Positions 62,561-64,000 of a stretch of DNA of 64,000 nt are shown in pieces. The stretch is from Squalus acanthias (lineage: Eukaryota), in contig CM059432.1 in assembly GCA_030390025.1 (NCBI GenBank), positions 64,792,001-64,856,000 on the forward strand, given 5' to 3'. The first letter of the stretch is position 1. Each line of letters begins with the position of its first letter. Both the position numbers and the translations under genes were made by a program. The notes beneath the pieces were generated by a model. It saw only the letters and a program-made list of their open reading frames with translations. It did not search any database and was not told where the DNA came from.

Positions 62561-64000
62561 TAAAAATGGGGGTGGAGAAGAGAAATATAGATTGCTATTA
62601 CTGTGTTACAAATCCATCAGAAACCAATCCCATTGTGCTGCATCACTAGTGGTGATATATGCCTTATTCTTCCTAACTTTTCAGATTTGAATGCGGAAAT
62701 TGCCTGAGTGCACTGTAGAAATGGTGCCATTAATACTATAGATTCTTTTCAACCATCCACATTGCGACTTTTCATTATTGTACTTATGAAGGTAAAAGAT
62801 GACAATAGTGGAGAATAGAGCATTTCAAAAGATACCTAGGACAAGTATTGGTGAAGTTTGTATAAGCAACCTTACCATGCCACAATAAAACAGTGTAAAT
62901 TCCAATCTGCGAGTAACAAACTCCGCCGTGACAAATGACACTGCAATTTGGCTCACTTTCAGTTCACTGAAGGCTCTACTGTTGGATAAAGTCCCAAATT
63001 CAGTGCATTTTGTACGAACATGTTCATTGAGAAGGGGATTAAATATGCCATAACTCATTTCAGTCTTATCAACCATATTTGACAAGAGGCTAACATTTCC
63101 TTTTGCTGCAATAGAGCTGATCTGATGCCTCTGGACAAAGGATTGGAATTGGGTTGCTTCAAAATGTGCCACTCAGCAAAGTTACAGCTTTGTATAGTTT
63201 TAATTGAAAAAACAACTCTTACATTCTCATCCAGAGCTGCTTTAACTGTTTGAGCATCAAATCTGCTTTGAAGCTTTTGAAATCTATCATGTACATCCAC
63301 AGGAATTTCTTTAAAGATATTTTTTGTGAATGTGTTATTGTGAAAATGAAAACGTCAATCCTAGAGATTCAAACATCTTTTTTCCGTTTTTACCAGCTGT
63401 CAGCATCAGGCACTCTCAAGTCAAGTTATACATCTAAACTAGGTATTTGGAAAAGTTTCCTTCGCTTTACCCCAATAATGAGCTGGAATACTGTGTGCCA
63501 TTAGTAAAAAAATATGTTTACTTATTCATAAAGTTCCTCTGCCCACTATTTTAATAAAAGTGTTCATTACTAATCTCGCACACTGTGATTTCAACCCTAA
63601 TATGATTTGACCACAACTCGGAAGCAAACCTATTGCGCAAGTATGACATTTTCATTTCCCATGCCAACCCTTCCCATAAATTGTCTGAGCAGAAGTATCA
63701 ATTAATGATACTTCATGCAGGTTTGTCCTCAGAAGAGAGAGAAAAGGAGAGAAAGAGAGGAGTTCAGATCACAGTTTATGCTGATTCTACCTGAGGTCTC
63801 ACTAACAGTAGCTCAGAAAGAAAGTAAAACATAGAAAACGTGAAGACCCACAGACTATGCATTTACAATTAAATAGCAATTTTGCTTTTTGTTTCCACCC
63901 AGAGATGTCAATTTACTCCTCAAAGAATTAACATATAACACAAAATCACCATTTACGACTGTTAGCTGAATTCACTAAAATTAGAATGTAGTAAGAGACA

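Overview
Vertebrate intronic/intergenic DNA, probably from a shark or other cartilaginous fish (inferred from the repeat families: CR1, L2, Deu-domain SINE, Penelope, PIF/Harbinger). Most of the window is nested transposable elements, and no host protein-coding gene can be confidently called. Main features: (1) a near-intact Penelope-like retroelement (821-aa RT + GIY-YIG ORF) whose 3' pseudo-LTR carries a minimal type-I hammerhead ribozyme. About nine hammerhead motifs from two Penelope families occur in the window, several inside tiny non-coding inserts (about 105-550 bp) with an inverted tail and 12-15 bp target-site duplications. (2) A decayed two-gene Harbinger transposon (Myb/SANT + DDE transposase), several derivatives and many MITEs; one MITE family conserves a 14-nt acceptor/donor cassette and extra splice donors. 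(3) A solo LTR, a Vingi-like LINE split by three insertions, and RTE, CR1 and L2 fragments. (4) A few weak candidate host exons. Coordinates were read by eye, and family names come from motif recognition, not database searches.
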